From Candidatus Poribacteria bacterium (lineage in GTDB: Bacteria; Poribacteria; WGA-4E; WGA-3G), in the NCBI GenBank assembly GCA_965215265.1, contig OZ244048.1:512001-576000 (forward strand): a stretch of DNA of 64,000 bases, read 5' to 3'. Shown here in pieces: positions 7,712 through 21,200 of the stretch (positions within the stretch are counted from its first letter, which is position 1; each line of letters opens with the position of its first letter). The position numbers were made by a program, and so were the translations under genes. The notes beneath the pieces were generated by a model that saw only the letters and a list, made by a program, of their open reading frames with translations, was not told the origin of the DNA and searched no databases.

Positions 7712-9955
7712 ATGCCACCACTACTTGCGAAAAGCAACCCAACAGAAACGCTCCTTGGACATACACAGAATTGCATCGCTGTATTCGACAGTCTCCGGGA
7801 ACGGATGCCGTTTCTGGCAGATGTCTCCAAAGAACCAGATTTCTTCGATCACCTCTTCTACACCGTCGCGCTTCACGATTTCGGAAAAGCCACCACCGGG
7901 TTCCAAGAACAACTCACCACGGGCACACGCTGGAATTATCGACACGAAATCCTATCCGCCGGTTTCGTGGCTGGGCTGCAACTGCCACACGCAGCAAAAC
8001 AGGCAATCAGCCTCGCAATTCTTACCCATCATAAGGATATTCAGGCATTAATAGATGGATACCCATGCTTCCCACCTCACAACCCAGGATACAAGACCTG
8101 GAAGCAAAAAATTGCTGAACTCAAGCAAAATTGGGAACCACTTATGGAAATTCAACAGCAGGTCCACCACTGGTACCCGGGACGAAAGTGCCTCTTCGCA
8201 CCAGTACACTCCGTGGAAGCACTGAACAACGGCTATCACGATTTTCTTATACCCTATAAGAACAATTTCGACGACGCAGAATTAACACATTTACACGGCA
8301 CCTACGGGATGCTCCTACGCGGATGCATGATTGCGTGTGACCACCTCGCATCCGCCGGAAAAAATCAAATACACACCGCACTTGAAAACCTAGAAGCACA
8401 ACTCTCGCAGCACCTGAAAGAGAAGATTCAAGGCACCTTTCACGGCTGGGAAGCCTTTCAAGAAGCGACCGCGAAAATAACAGGACAACTGATGCTCTCG
8501 GCTCCCACTGGCTCCGGCAAAACTGAAGCCGCACTCCTCTGGTCCGCTAATAATCAAAACGAAACTTTAGGAAATCGGGTCTTTTACGTACTCCCTTACA
8601 CCGCAAGCATCAACGCCATGTATAAACGCCTCACGGAACTGCTTTCGGACGAAAAAATCGGGATATTGCACGGGAAAGCCAGTTACTTTGTTTATCAAGA
8701 ATTGATAGACAAGGAGCATACCCCCGAAGATGCCGCCCAATCTGCCAAACAGCAACAAGACTTGACACGAAAGATTTGCCGCCCCTACAAGGTCCTGACT
8801 CCCTTTCAGCTGCTAAAAGCATTTTTTGGCATCCGCGGCTTTGAGATGCAAATAGCAGAGATGTCCAAAGGGCTCTTTATCTTCGACGAAATCCACGCGT
8901 ATGACCCGCATACAACCGCCCTCATCTTAACGATGGTCGAGCAGCTCCACCGAGATTATGACGCAAAATTCTGCATCATGACAGCCACTATGCCACAGTT
9001 TCTCAAAAAAATCTTTGCCCAAGCACTCGGGGACCTGCAGCACGTTCAAATGCCGCCCACCGAACGCGATGCATTCACGCGCCATCGCGTTCAGTTACTT
9101 GATGGCTCTCTCCATAATGCAATTCCGCAGATTCAAGAGAAACTGGCACGTAGAAAGCGTGTCTTAGTCGTTTGCAATACCGTTCAGCAGGCACAAACCT
9201 TGTTTGAAGAACTGCAAGCAGTTGCGGATAACCCTCAACTCCTTCACAGCCGCTTTATCCTCAGAGATCGAGAACGCATTGAAAAAGAACTTGAACACGC
9301 AGATCTCCTTGTCGGCACACAGGCAGTAGAAGTCTCACTTGACATCGATTTTGACTGCCTTTTTTCAGAACCCGCACCAATCGATGCACTGATCCAACGC
9401 TTCGGGCGAATCAATAGGAAAGGTCAAAACGGCATCTGTGATGTCTGCATTTGCAAAGAGGGCGGTGCAAACGATCACTTCATCTACTCCAAAACCAAGG
9501 TTGACCTTACCCTAAACGCCTTCGCACCGATCGATGTCTTGCATGAATCTAAAATCCAAGACCTTATTGATGAAGTCTATTCCGCAGGTTACGATGAGAA
9601 AGAGAAGGAAAAGTTTGAAACCGCAAAGCAGCTATTTGAACGACACCTACAAGGGCTCGTACCCTTTATTGAAAATCCGTCAAGTCTGCAAGAATTTTAT
9701 GCACTTTTCAAGAGCATTGAGGTCGTACCAGCGTGTTATGAAGAAGAATTCTGGCAGAAAATTGAGAAGCGCCAGTACTATGAAGCCAAAGCTTACATCA
9801 CCCAAATTAGTCATAACCAATTTGCACGATTGCACAAAGATGGACAACTCTATGAGTGTAAACGCTTTGGACAGTTAGGTCAGTGGTTCATAAAGGTTAC
9901 CTACGATGAAACACTCGGTTTGCTCGTTGATGAACATAGCACGAACATCCTATAA
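7712..9955 (+). CDS. cas3: Cas3 HD nuclease-helicase
   Basis: LHDFGKA HD domain, RHEILS, APTGSGKT Walker A, DEIH, TAT, TQAVEVSLDIDFD and QRFGRINR. Confidence 0.96.
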   Translation: MPPLLAKSNPTETLLGHTQNCIAVFDSLRERMPFLADVSKEPDFFDHLFYTVALHDFGKATTGFQEQLTTGTRWNYRHEILSAGFVAGLQLPHAAKQAISLAILTHHKDIQALIDGYPCFPPHNPGYKTWKQKIAELKQNWEPLMEIQQQVHHWYPGRKCLFAPVHSVEALNNGYHDFLIPYKNNFDDAELTHLHGTYGMLLRGCMIACDHLASAGKNQIHTALENLEAQLSQHLKEKIQGTFHGWEAFQEATAKITGQLMLSAPTGSGKTEAALLWSANNQNETLGNRVFYVLPYTASINAMYKRLTELLSDEKIGILHGKASYFVYQELIDKEHTPEDAAQSAKQQQDLTRKICRPYKVLTPFQLLKAFFGIRGFEMQIAEMSKGLFIFDEIHAYDPHTTALILTMVEQLHRDYDAKFCIMTATMPQFLKKIFAQALGDLQHVQMPPTERDAFTRHRVQLLDGSLHNAIPQIQEKLARRKRVLVVCNTVQQAQTLFEELQAVADNPQLLHSRFILRDRERIEKELEHADLLVGTQAVEVSLDIDFDCLFSEPAPIDALIQRFGRINRKGQNGICDVCICKEGGANDHFIYSKTKVDLTLNAFAPIDVLHESKIQDLIDEVYSAGYDEKEKEKFETAKQLFERHLQGLVPFIENPSSLQEFYALFKSIEVVPACYEEEFWQKIEKRQYYEAKAYITQISHNQFARLHKDGQLYECKRFGQLGQWFIKVTYDETLGLLVDEHSTNIL

Positions 9956-9958
9956 CCC

Positions 9959-10069
9959 ATCTCCTTGCCTGCTTGTTAATAGTGCTTGCCTTCACCCTAA
10001 TAACAGCTTCCTGTCTTGTTCCGCTGATAAGGACAGAAGAGGGGTTGTGGGCAAAGGCAGTTAGGAGAT
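9959..10069. repeat. Long imperfect palindrome between cas3 and cas4
   Basis: Nested inverted arms ATCTCCT/AGGAGAT, TTGCC/GGCAA and CTTCCTGTCTT/AAGGACAGAAG. Confidence 0.5.
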
Positions 10070-10138
10070 AGATTTTGACCTATATTAACCTGTCAACATA
10101 TTTTCAATTTCACGATATTACGCCAAGGAGACATACTC

Positions 10139-10648
10139 ATGCAAAATAACGATACAAACCACATCACCGGCACAGCCATCAACTACCTCTATATTTGCAC
10201 CCGTAAACTCTGGTTCTTTCAAAATCATCTTGAGATGGAACATACATCCGAATACGTCCAACTGGGCAAACTCCTACACGACGAAACGTACACCCGCGAA
10301 AAACGGAAAGAATGGCTCATTGACGACATGGTACGAATTGACTTCGTTGACAAAGACGGAATTCTACACGACGTAAAACACGGACCCGCTATGGAAAAAG
10401 CACACACGATGCAGCTCTGTTATTACCTCTACCTCCTTAAACAGAAGGGACTCACCAACCGCAACGGCATCATCAACTATCCACGTCAACGTCGAACTGC
10501 TGAGGTAGAACTCACAACTGAAATGGAGCACGAAGTGGAAAACGCAATCCAACAGGTCAAACAAATTGCCAAATTGCCTACGCCACCGCACGTTGAATAC
10601 ATGAAAATCTGCAAATCATGCAGCTACCAAGAGCTCTGCTGGAGCTAA
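10139..10648 (+). CDS. cas4: Cas4 exonuclease
   Basis: ICTRKLWF, GKLLH, IDF, QLCYYLY and C-terminal CKSCSYQELC Fe-S cysteines. Confidence 0.95.
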   Translation: MQNNDTNHITGTAINYLYICTRKLWFFQNHLEMEHTSEYVQLGKLLHDETYTREKRKEWLIDDMVRIDFVDKDGILHDVKHGPAMEKAHTMQLCYYLYLLKQKGLTNRNGIINYPRQRRTAEVELTTEMEHEVENAIQQVKQIAKLPTPPHVEYMKICKSCSYQELCWS

Positions 10649-10661
10649 CACGGAGGAAATT

Positions 10662-11657
10662 ATGTCACGTAACTACTACATTACCCAACCCGGTAGACTC
10701 CGCCGCAAAAATAACACCCTCTATTTGGAAAAAGTCGATAATTCACGTGTCCCGATTCCCATAGAGGATATTGACGCACTCTATCTTTATGGCGAGCTTG
10801 ACCTCAACACAAAGCTACTCAGCTTCTTTGCACAGAAACAGATTCCGTTCCACGTCTTCAATTACTACGGATACTATGCCGGCAGTTATTATCCGCGCGA
10901 ATATCTTAACTCAGGCTCCCTTCTCGTTAAACAGGTCCAACACTATGAAAAACCGAGAAAACGTTTACCACTCGCACAAGAATTCGTTGCATCTGCTGTT
11001 TTCAACATCCTCAAAAATCTGCGATACTATAGCAACCGCGGCAAAGATTGCACCGACCAGATTAACGCAATTGAAGCCATCGCTCCGGAGATGCCCTCGG
11101 CGAAAAACACAAATGAATTGATGGGATACGAAGGCCTAATTCGAGACACCTACTACACCGCTTTCAACACAATCCTTGAACTCCAAACACCTTTTGAAAA
11201 GCGCGTCCGCCGACCCGCAGATAACCCAATTAACACCGCAATCTCTTTCGGAAACTCATTGATGTACGCCGCATGCCTCACCGAAATCTATCGAACCCAA
11301 CTCAACCCAACAATCAGTTTCCTCCACGAACCCGGAGATCGGCGATTCTCACTCAGCCTCGACCTCGCCGAAATTTTCAAACCCCTCATCGTAGACCGTA
11401 TTATTTTTCGCCTTTTTAACCGACGACAGCTCAACGAGCAGAAGCACTTTGAGACTGAAATCGGTGCATGCTACCTCAACGAAAACGGCAGGAAACTTTT
11501 CATCGCCGCCTTCGATGAACAACTCAAACAGACCGTCGCACATCGAAAACTCAAACGCAAAGTCTCCTACCAGCGACTCATACGATTAGAATGTTACAAA
11601 CTCATCAAACACTTAGTCGGAATGGAACCTTATCACGCCCTCCGCCCATGGTGGTAG
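10662..11657 (+). CDS. cas1: Type I-B Cas1
   Basis: FNYYGYYAGSYYPR, LMGYEG, NTAISFGNSLMY, SFLHEP, DLAEIFKP and C-terminal WW. Confidence 0.96.
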   Translation: MSRNYYITQPGRLRRKNNTLYLEKVDNSRVPIPIEDIDALYLYGELDLNTKLLSFFAQKQIPFHVFNYYGYYAGSYYPREYLNSGSLLVKQVQHYEKPRKRLPLAQEFVASAVFNILKNLRYYSNRGKDCTDQINAIEAIAPEMPSAKNTNELMGYEGLIRDTYYTAFNTILELQTPFEKRVRRPADNPINTAISFGNSLMYAACLTEIYRTQLNPTISFLHEPGDRRFSLSLDLAEIFKPLIVDRIIFRLFNRRQLNEQKHFETEIGACYLNENGRKLFIAAFDEQLKQTVAHRKLKRKVSYQRLIRLECYKLIKHLVGMEPYHALRPWW

Positions 11658-11747
11658 ATAGGACAACATCATTTTTTATAGCCACTGCGGCTCCGTCTAC
11701 TTTTTGCGCAGATCATAGCAACGAAGTCTCATTGAAGGATAAGCAAA

Positions 11748-12011
11748 ATGTACATCATTCTCGTTTATGACATTGAAACGAAACGCGTCGCCAAAGTCTG
11801 TAAATACCTACGTCAGCACCTCAACTGGATCCAAAATTCAGTTTTTGAAGGAGAGTTGACGAAGGCACAACTTGCGCGCGTCAAAGCCGGTTTAGCCACA
11901 ATCACCAACCCTGAAAAGGACTCGGTCATCATCTATCAATTGCGTCACGCAAAATGGATGAAAAAAGAAGTCATGGGCATCGACAAAAATCCAGCCACAA
12001 ATCTACTATAG
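11748..12011 (+). CDS. cas2: Cas2
   Basis: MYIILVYDI, WIQNSVFEGEL and DSVIIY. Confidence 0.96.
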   Translation: MYIILVYDIETKRVAKVCKYLRQHLNWIQNSVFEGELTKAQLARVKAGLATITNPEKDSVIIYQLRHAKWMKKEVMGIDKNPATNLL

Positions 12012-12240
12012 ATTGTGGTTTACAAACTGCTGTCGATCGCCGTGAAACGAGGATATTTTGCCCCAAGTTTCCTTGCCATTTTGACAGAAAACAACGGATA
12101 ACCCTTTACCGTATCAAAGGTCGTCGACCTCCTAGGAAATAGACCTAACTAGAGGTCGACAGCAATGTCAAAAAAAATAAAAATTAACTTGACAAGCTGT
12201 ATAAGGATGTGGTATACTATATATATCAGTTTTAGATAGC
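12012..12240 (+). promoter_or_regulatory. CRISPR leader with promoter and inverted repeat
   Basis: TTGACA (12189-12194), 18 nt, TATACT (12213-12218); inverted repeat GTCGACCTC...GAGGTCGAC at 12123-12160; AT-rich. Confidence 0.8.
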
Positions 12241-15200
12241 CTTTTAATCGCACCAATTTGGAATCGAAACTGAACCGCATATGCTACATCATTTGTAGTC
12301 TCAGCTGCCTTTTAATCGCACCAATTTGGAATCGAAACTGTACGCGAAAAAACAGTGCACTTTTCCGTCGCGACGCCTTTTAATCGCACCAATTTGGAAT
12401 CGAAACGACTTATAGAAGAGCAAGAATGGTCGTGCGAATACGCTTTTAATCGCACCAATTTGGAATCGAAACATAAGCAAAGTATAGAAAAAACTTTACA
12501 AGATGAAAACTTTTAATCGCACCAATTTGGAATCGAAACTACTGACTGTCCTACTGCGAAGACACATGATTTTAACTTTTAATCGCACCAATTTGGAATC
12601 GAAACGAGTTCCGTGTGGCGTTGTTTATCGGCACACTACTTCTTTTAATCGCACCAATTTGGAATCGAAACTTGACAGCGTATTCACCAGTAGTGAATCG
12701 GCATTGCTTTTAATCGCACCAATTTGGAATCGAAACTCAGTTGAAAATCATAACGCGAACTAATCACGATATCTTTTAATCGCACCAATTTGGAATCGAA
12801 ACTCGTCTTACTCCTCCCTATGAATGATGTTGCATAACACTTTTAATCGCACCAATTTGGAATCGAAACACATGTACCTCGCTGACTTTGTAAACGCATG
12901 TGCGGATCTTTTAATCGCACCAATTTGGAATCGAAACGCCTGCTGCAGCACACACTGCAGCAGGCCAACCCACTCTTTTAATCGCACCAATTTGGAATCG
13001 AAACATGCCACTGTCACTAGCAATATACCTGATCCGTTTTCTTTTAATCGCACCAATTTGGAATCGAAACGTGGTGGCCGTCGCAGGGTTGGGCCAGATC
13101 AGTTTATCTTTTAATCGCACCAATTTGGAATCGAAACTTAGCTAAACCTGATGTCACTGTCTTTCCACCGTTTACTTTTAATCGCACCAATTTGGAATCG
13201 AAACAAACCAATCTGACGTAAAAAAGAGTATACACGACGACTTTTAATCGCACCAATTTGGAATCGAAACAAAGTCAGCCACGTATTGAAGTCTTCACTG
13301 TCTTCAGACTTTTAATCGCACCAATTTGGAATCGAAACGACGTAAACTGGAGGGGACTTCTAACATGCAGGGTTTCTTTTAATCGCACCAATTTGGAATC
13401 GAAACGGAATCACCATCTGATGAATAAAGGATAAAAAAAACTTTTAATCGCACCAATTTGGAATCGAAACGTAGACGAATACGGACAATCGCAAAAAGAA
13501 TTATGTCTTTTAATCGCACCAATTTGGAATCGAAACCTTAGAAAATGGTAAAATCAAAGAATCAGGCTCTATCTTTTAATCGCACCAATTTGGAATCGAA
13601 ACCTGGCTTGGAATTGTGTGCCGAAGCGGTTTGCTTCGGCCTTTTAATCGCACCAATTTGGAATCGAAACATGAAAATATAATTCTCATCCGCGAATATT
13701 TCTTCGACTTTTAATCGCACCAATTTGGAATCGAAACGCCCAAAGGTAAAACCGCCTTCGTGCTGTCCCCCGCCTTTTAATCGCACCAATTTGGAATCGA
13801 AACTGATTGGATGTTTCAGAATGCTGCTTTTAGAAAGCGGGCTTTTAATCGCACCAATTTGGAATCGAAACTTGCGAGGTTTGTCGGTATCGTCCTAATC
13901 AAAACCTTCTTTTAATCGCACCAATTTGGAATCGAAACCAGCGTGCCTGCGTTTTCGGTATACTGTATCTGTGCCTTTTAATCGCACCAATTTGGAATCG
14001 AAACTCACTTTGATAGATAAAGTGTCGTCGCGGTATACGACCTTTTAATCGCACCAATTTGGAATCGAAACCAATACGGAATTCATAATCTTCATAGCGT
14101 TCCTTATGCCTTTTAATCGCACCAATTTGGAATCGAAACGATATTGAATTTTATCCAAACCAGAGGAGATAACTACTTTTAATCGCACCAATTTGGAATC
14201 GAAACAGTTGGCGGCGGTAAATATTTATATTTGCTCCGACACCTTTTAATCGCACCAATTTGGAATCGAAACTCAGGCGTGTCTCCTGAACCGCCCACTC
14301 CGATAACGCTTTTAATCGCACCAATTTGGAATCGAAACTTGCTGATATAGCGGTTTGTAGTGCCTCGCCAAGTGGCCTTTTAATCGCACCAATTTGGAAT
14401 CGAAACACGGCCACTTTATGCTCGGTTGATACGTCCGCATCCTTTTAATCGCACCAATTTGGAATCGAAACAATAGTGCAATGCTGCTGACCGCTGACGC
14501 TCCGTTAACTTTTAATCGCACCAATTTGGAATCGAAACTGTTAAGTTAAAAAAAGATGGGCAGATGTTTGGCTTTTAATCGCACCAATTTGGAATCGAAA
14601 CGAGGGGAAAGAAAAGACAAAGAAGGTAAAGACAGTCTTCTTTTAATCGCACCAATTTGGAATCGAAACGAGTTTCGCAGTATGTTTTTGATGATTGTAA
14701 ATTAACTTTTAATCGCACCAATTTGGAATCGAAACTTAATTGGAAAGCGTTTTGAAGGCTTGGATGGCTGCTTCTTTTAATCGCACCAATTTGGAATCGA
14801 AACGCGTCTGGATACGACAACGCATACCCAGCATGACTTTTAATCGCACCAATTTGGAATCGAAACTTTATCTTTTCTACGACTTTAATGAATGCCGGGC
14901 GCAGCCTTTTAATCGCACCAATTTGGAATCGAAACGGAAAAAGCAAACAAGATTCTCAGCACTGCTGGGAATCCTTTTAATCGCACCAATTTGGAATCGA
15001 AACGCTCCAATCCCATCACGCCACCATATTTGTAAGTTCCTTTTAATCGCACCAATTTGGAATCGAAACGAGGCACATCTACAAAGCGGTTGCTACTTTC
15101 TATACTTTTAATCGCACCAATTTGGAATCGAAACTGTCAACGGCCGGTATCAAGTTCAGGCTGTTGTCATCCTTTTAATCGCACCAATTTGGAATCGAAA

Positions 15201-18200
15201 CGAAAGTCGGGCATTACGATTCTAATACTTTATGTAAAGACTTTTAATCGCACCAATTTGGAATCGAAACATAACTTTTCAAAACCGCCAATTGAAAAGA
15301 ACATCCGCTTTTAATCGCACCAATTTGGAATCGAAACGGGACGGCAGTTCGCTCGTCAATAATTGTGGTGCGCTTTTAATCGCACCAATTTGGAATCGAA
15401 ACTTGCTGTTGTCTTTCTGTCTGACTGGCATCAGGTTACCTTTTAATCGCACCAATTTGGAATCGAAACACTATTAGAGGTGGCACAGATGAACTGAAGA
15501 ACCTAGTCTTTTAATCGCACCAATTTGGAATCGAAACCTCAATAACATGCCCACCAAGCCAGTTGTGACGCGGTTTGCTTTTAATCGCACCAATTTGGAA
15601 TCGAAACCGACGTGCATATTGGAGAAGTTAGGTGTCTCATCGGGGCTTTTAATCGCACCAATTTGGAATCGAAACATACGTATACCGTTGCATCTGACAG
15701 GGTGGAGTTGATCTTTTAATCGCACCAATTTGGAATCGAAACGGGTATCAAACAAGATATTGGATAGGTAGGGAAATAGACTTTTAATCGCACCAATTTG
15801 GAATCGAAACGTCGAACTTGACATGCTCAACAGCAATCTTTTTGATCTTTTAATCGCACCAATTTGGAATCGAAACACGTTTTATTCCGACTTAACGTCA
15901 GTATCAAGTTTACCTTTTAATCGCACCAATTTGGAATCGAAACACTTTGCGGGTTCTATGTTCATCATCGCACCGTCTCTTTTAATCGCACCAATTTGGA
16001 ATCGAAACTATCATGTTTGTATCGAAACGTCAATAATAAAAACTTTTAATCGCACCAATTTGGAATCGAAACAGTAGCATGTTGACAGCACCTGTCACGT
16101 TCGTGGCTTTTAATCGCACCAATTTGGAATCGAAACTCAATCAAAACGAGGGCAGGGAATCTTTGGCGAACATCCTTTTAATCGCACCAATTTGGAATCG
16201 AAACTCGCTTCGTTTATCAACGTCAATACGTCAGGCACGGAACCTTTTAATCGCACCAATTTGGAATCGAAACTCAATCAAAACGAGGGCAGGGAATCTT
16301 TGGCGAACATCTTTTAATCGCACCAATTTGGAATCGAAACCACGTTCGGTGATTCTATTGATGTCTTTTTCAAACTTTTAATCGCACCAATTTGGAATCG
16401 AAACCACATTGACCCGTTAGATAAGTATGGTGAGAGTCAACTTTTAATCGCACCAATTTGGAATCGAAACTTGTAAGTTGTCCTTTGAGGGCTGTTGTTC
16501 GCCTGTACACTTTTAATCGCACCAATTTGGAATCGAAACGATACGGCGTTGCCGTTGTGGGATGCAACGCAGTTTTACTTTTAATCGCACCAATTTGGAA
16601 TCGAAACCTTTTTATGTTTTATAGAGAAAAAAGTGCCATATCCTTTTAATCGCACCAATTTGGAATCGAAACTGTATTCAGAGGCAGTAGCACCGCGTGT
16701 CGACGCAGTCGCTTTTAATCGCACCAATTTGGAATCGAAACCGGCATCGTAGCGTTTCGTGACTACGAGCGTATCGCTTTTAATCGCACCAATTTGGAAT
16801 CGAAACTACTGCCGCCTTAGCATCTTCAGAGAGCCCAGGGCCCTTTTAATCGCACCAATTTGGAATCGAAACACAAATTGCTTAATCAGAAAGCGATTAA
16901 CTTCCTGTTTCTTTTAATCGCACCAATTTGGAATCGAAACAGTCACAATTCTTTCAATGCAGATTAGAGAGCTGGACTTTTAATCGCACCAATTTGGAAT
17001 CGAAACCTAACATCAGAAAAGAAATGGAAGCAGGCAGGGCTTCTTTTAATCGCACCAATTTGGAATCGAAACACTGCCATCATTAGAGGCGTCGCAGGTA
17101 GCATCAGACCTTTTAATCGCACCAATTTGGAATCGAAACTGACAACACGTGCCCATGCGGCACGGTTGTCTGTCACTTTTAATCGCACCAATTTGGAATC
17201 GAAACCATCAGGCACGATACGCATGCGAGACGGACGCAACGGCTTTTAATCGCACCAATTTGGAATCGAAACACTTGTTTTAGCATTTTTAATTAGAATG
17301 CATAAAACCTTTTAATCGCACCAATTTGGAATCGAAACCGAATCAGAAGATTGAAATTTACATGACAGACAACCTTTTAATCGCACCAATTTGGAATCGA
17401 AACGGTTGGACAAACTGAATCAGTTCGCCTGCAAGGTTCTTACTTTTAATCGCACCAATTTGGAATCGAAACTATCGCTCCGCTAATTCGGATACCGACA
17501 ACCCTTCATACTTTTAATCGCACCAATTTGGAATCGAAACATTCAAATGCAAAACGGTTATCATAGATAAGTTCTTCTTTTAATCGCACCAATTTGGAAT
17601 CGAAACTATGAAAAGTCATTTGACAACGCGGACTGGATTATAGACTTTTAATCGCACCAATTTGGAATCGAAACTAAGGGCAGCAGGATGTGATTGCGTC
17701 GAAACGTTGAACTTTTAATCGCACCAATTTGGAATCGAAACTCTTTTGAAATTTCCCACTTTACCTCGTTTAACCCTCTTTTAATCGCACCAATTTGGAA
17801 TCGAAACTGTACCGTGGGCGCGCAGTGAACACAACGTACTTTGCTTTTAATCGCACCAATTTGGAATCGAAACTCATCGAATGAAAACGGCCGCCGTTTC
17901 CAATTACACTTTTAATCGCACCAATTTGGAATCGAAACATTTTCTTAACCCTTTCGTTTGCCCTCATGCTGTACATTCCTTTTAATCGCACCAATTTGGA
18001 ATCGAAACGACAGTTCGAATTGACTTTGATAAGAAAGCGAGAGGGCTTTTAATCGCACCAATTTGGAATCGAAACATTTGGGCATAAAGGTGCTTTTGCG
18101 ATTGACGTTCGACTTTTAATCGCACCAATTTGGAATCGAAACATGGGATGGAGAAAGTGGAAATATAAATGATGCCATCTTTTAATCGCACCAATTTGGA

Positions 18201-21200
18201 ATCGAAACTTTTTAGTTTCTTTTCTAATGTGTTTACTTTCATTTGGCTTTTAATCGCACCAATTTGGAATCGAAACCAAAAATTGTCTTCTTCGCAGAAA
18301 TAGCGCCAGTGTCTTTTAATCGCACCAATTTGGAATCGAAACTGAATTCGTCAATCAGGTCTATTTTTTCCTTATCCTTTTAATCGCACCAATTTGGAAT
18401 CGAAACTCAAGTCTGCTGAAACCTTGTTCCCCTTTTCGTACCCTTTTAATCGCACCAATTTGGAATCGAAACCTATTCTCTATATTGTTTCGCATCTTGA
18501 CTAATCGCTTCTTTTAATCGCACCAATTTGGAATCGAAACTTGGATTAAAACTCTGCTGACCAAGCACATCAAACCACTTTTAATCGCACCAATTTGGAA
18601 TCGAAACAGTAAACCAATCAGCCAGCTGCAGCACACACTGCAGCCTTTTAATCGCACCAATTTGGAATCGAAACCGTCGATGTCCGATTCGCCTTGCCAG
18701 TGTGTGATTGCCTTTTAATCGCACCAATTTGGAATCGAAACGCCACACCGTGGCGCCGGAACAGATTGCATTTTCCGGACTTTTAATCGCACCAATTTGG
18801 AATCGAAACGATTATAAGTCAATGACCATGACCCGGATAGATTCCTTTTAATCGCACCAATTTGGAATCGAAACATTCTCGTACGAGTCTTAGTTTTTTG
18901 TACTTATCCACTTTTAATCGCACCAATTTGGAATCGAAACGAATCAGAAAGTACCAGCCACCCATTGCCATTGCCAACTTTTAATCGCACCAATTTGGAA
19001 TCGAAACATTTCTTTCGCATTTTTACCTCCTCTCTAATTTAGACTTTTAATCGCACCAATTTGGAATCGAAACGTGCGTGATGTAGCGGTCATGCAAGAT
19101 ATATCTTGCAGACTTTTAATCGCACCAATTTGGAATCGAAACGTCGATGTAGATTTTGCACTTCATTGTATCCTCCGAACTTTTAATCGCACCAATTTGG
19201 AATCGAAACCAGACGTATTCGGCAGTGGCGAAGGGCAGGCATTCTCTTTTAATCGCACCAATTTGGAATCGAAACTAAATAATTCTGTCAAAATATGTGT
19301 CGTCGTACGTTCTTTTAATCGCACCAATTTGGAATCGAAACGGTCATGGTCGTTAACATACGACCCGGAAAACGCAATCTTTTAATCGCACCAATTTGGA
19401 ATCGAAACTATCATGAAAAAAGACGAGGAGAACGTCATGTCTTTTACTTTTAATCGCACCAATTTGGAATCGAAACCTGCAAGTTCAAGGCCCGCCTGCA
19501 TGCATCAATTTACTTTTAATCGCACCAATTTGGAATCGAAACAGTTAAAATTGCACTTTATTCAACGCTGCCAATGTGCTTTTAATCGCACCAATTTGGA
19601 ATCGAAACACTCCTCGCGTTTGCCCTCGAGCCACACCGTGGCTCCTTTTAATCGCACCAATTTGGAATCGAAACACAGTTCTATATTGACTGTACGGGGT
19701 GATTTTGTGCAGACCTTTTAATCGCACCAATTTGGAATCGAAACGCTATCAATACGTCAATTTCGCATTGACGTATTGATCTTTTAATCGCACCAATTTG
19801 GAATCGAAACCCTACGTTGTCTTAAATACTCTTCATAAGTAGCACACTTTTAATCGCACCAATTTGGAATCGAAACGGTTTCTACGCTTTGAGTGAGTGC
19901 ATGATTCATGCACTTTTAATCGCACCAATTTGGAATCGAAACTGGATTCAATGGTGGATAGGGTTGACAGCAAAGAGGAACTTTTAATCGCACCAATTTG
20001 GAATCGAAACTTTTTGTTGTCACGTCAACACAGAGGACGAAATTATCTTTTAATCGCACCAATTTGGAATCGAAACAATGGAAAGCAAGAAAATTAATAA
20101 CCCATGAAGTGGTCTTTTAATCGCACCAATTTGGAATCGAAACGTTTTGAAGCGAGAGAAATCTGTTGAGGGCCCGAAATCTTTTAATCGCACCAATTTG
20201 GAATCGAAACTTTGAGCCGCTATCCCAGTAATATGCCAATTTTTCAGCTTTTAATCGCACCAATTTGGAATCGAAACTCCGACGCGGTATCCAATGCCGT
20301 TTCCCAAGAACATCTTTTAATCGCACCAATTTGGAATCGAAACTAGTCATTTTTCATTCTCCTTTTTCCGTGAATTTATGGCTTTTAATCGCACCAATTT
20401 GGAATCGAAACTGCATGTCAAAAAAGTCAGTACACCGTGGATCCTTTCGCTTTTAATCGCACCAATTTGGAATCGAAACACCATTCTTTGAAAATTTCCC
20501 CTTCGAATTGCAAATCTTTTAATCGCACCAATTTGGAATCGAAACGGATTGCGTACCCTACAAACCGCTTAATCAAAAATCTTTTAATCGCACCAATTTG
20601 GAATCGAAACCTTAACGAAATTGGAAAAACGCGCACGGAACAGGTACTTTTAATCGCACCAATTTGGAATCGAAACACTTACGATGCAGAGTTTGATTGG
20701 AAGAAAAATGCACCTTTTAATCGCACCAATTTGGAATCGAAACTGACACTTTCCTCAGTCACGTACAGTGCATAATTATCTTTTAATCGCACCAATTTGG
20801 AATCGAAACACCCACTCAAGCATGTCTTCGTCTGTCATGTCTTCTTCCTTTTAATCGCACCAATTTGGAATCGAAACCAGAATCCACAGACGTAACCGCC
20901 TGCTCGTGTGTCAATCTTTTAATCGCACCAATTTGGAATCGAAACCGTACGCTTCGTCGATCATCGTGTCTTTGATGCATTCACTTTTAATCGCACCAAT
21001 TTGGAATCGAAACTTTAGTGTCAACTTGCCGAGTAAGCGGCAGGATTGACTTTTAATCGCACCAATTTGGAATCGAAACCATGAATGGCCTCAGTTTGCG
21101 ATTTAAACGGCATGTCTTTTAATCGCACCAATTTGGAATCGAAACTCATGCACTCACTTAATGCATAAAAGCCCTTTGAATTCTTTTAATCGCACCAATT

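Noticed and set aside
1-12011. Absence of cas6, cas10, csm2 and csm3
   Set aside because: The window starts inside csm4, so these genes probably lie upstream; their absence here is uninformative.
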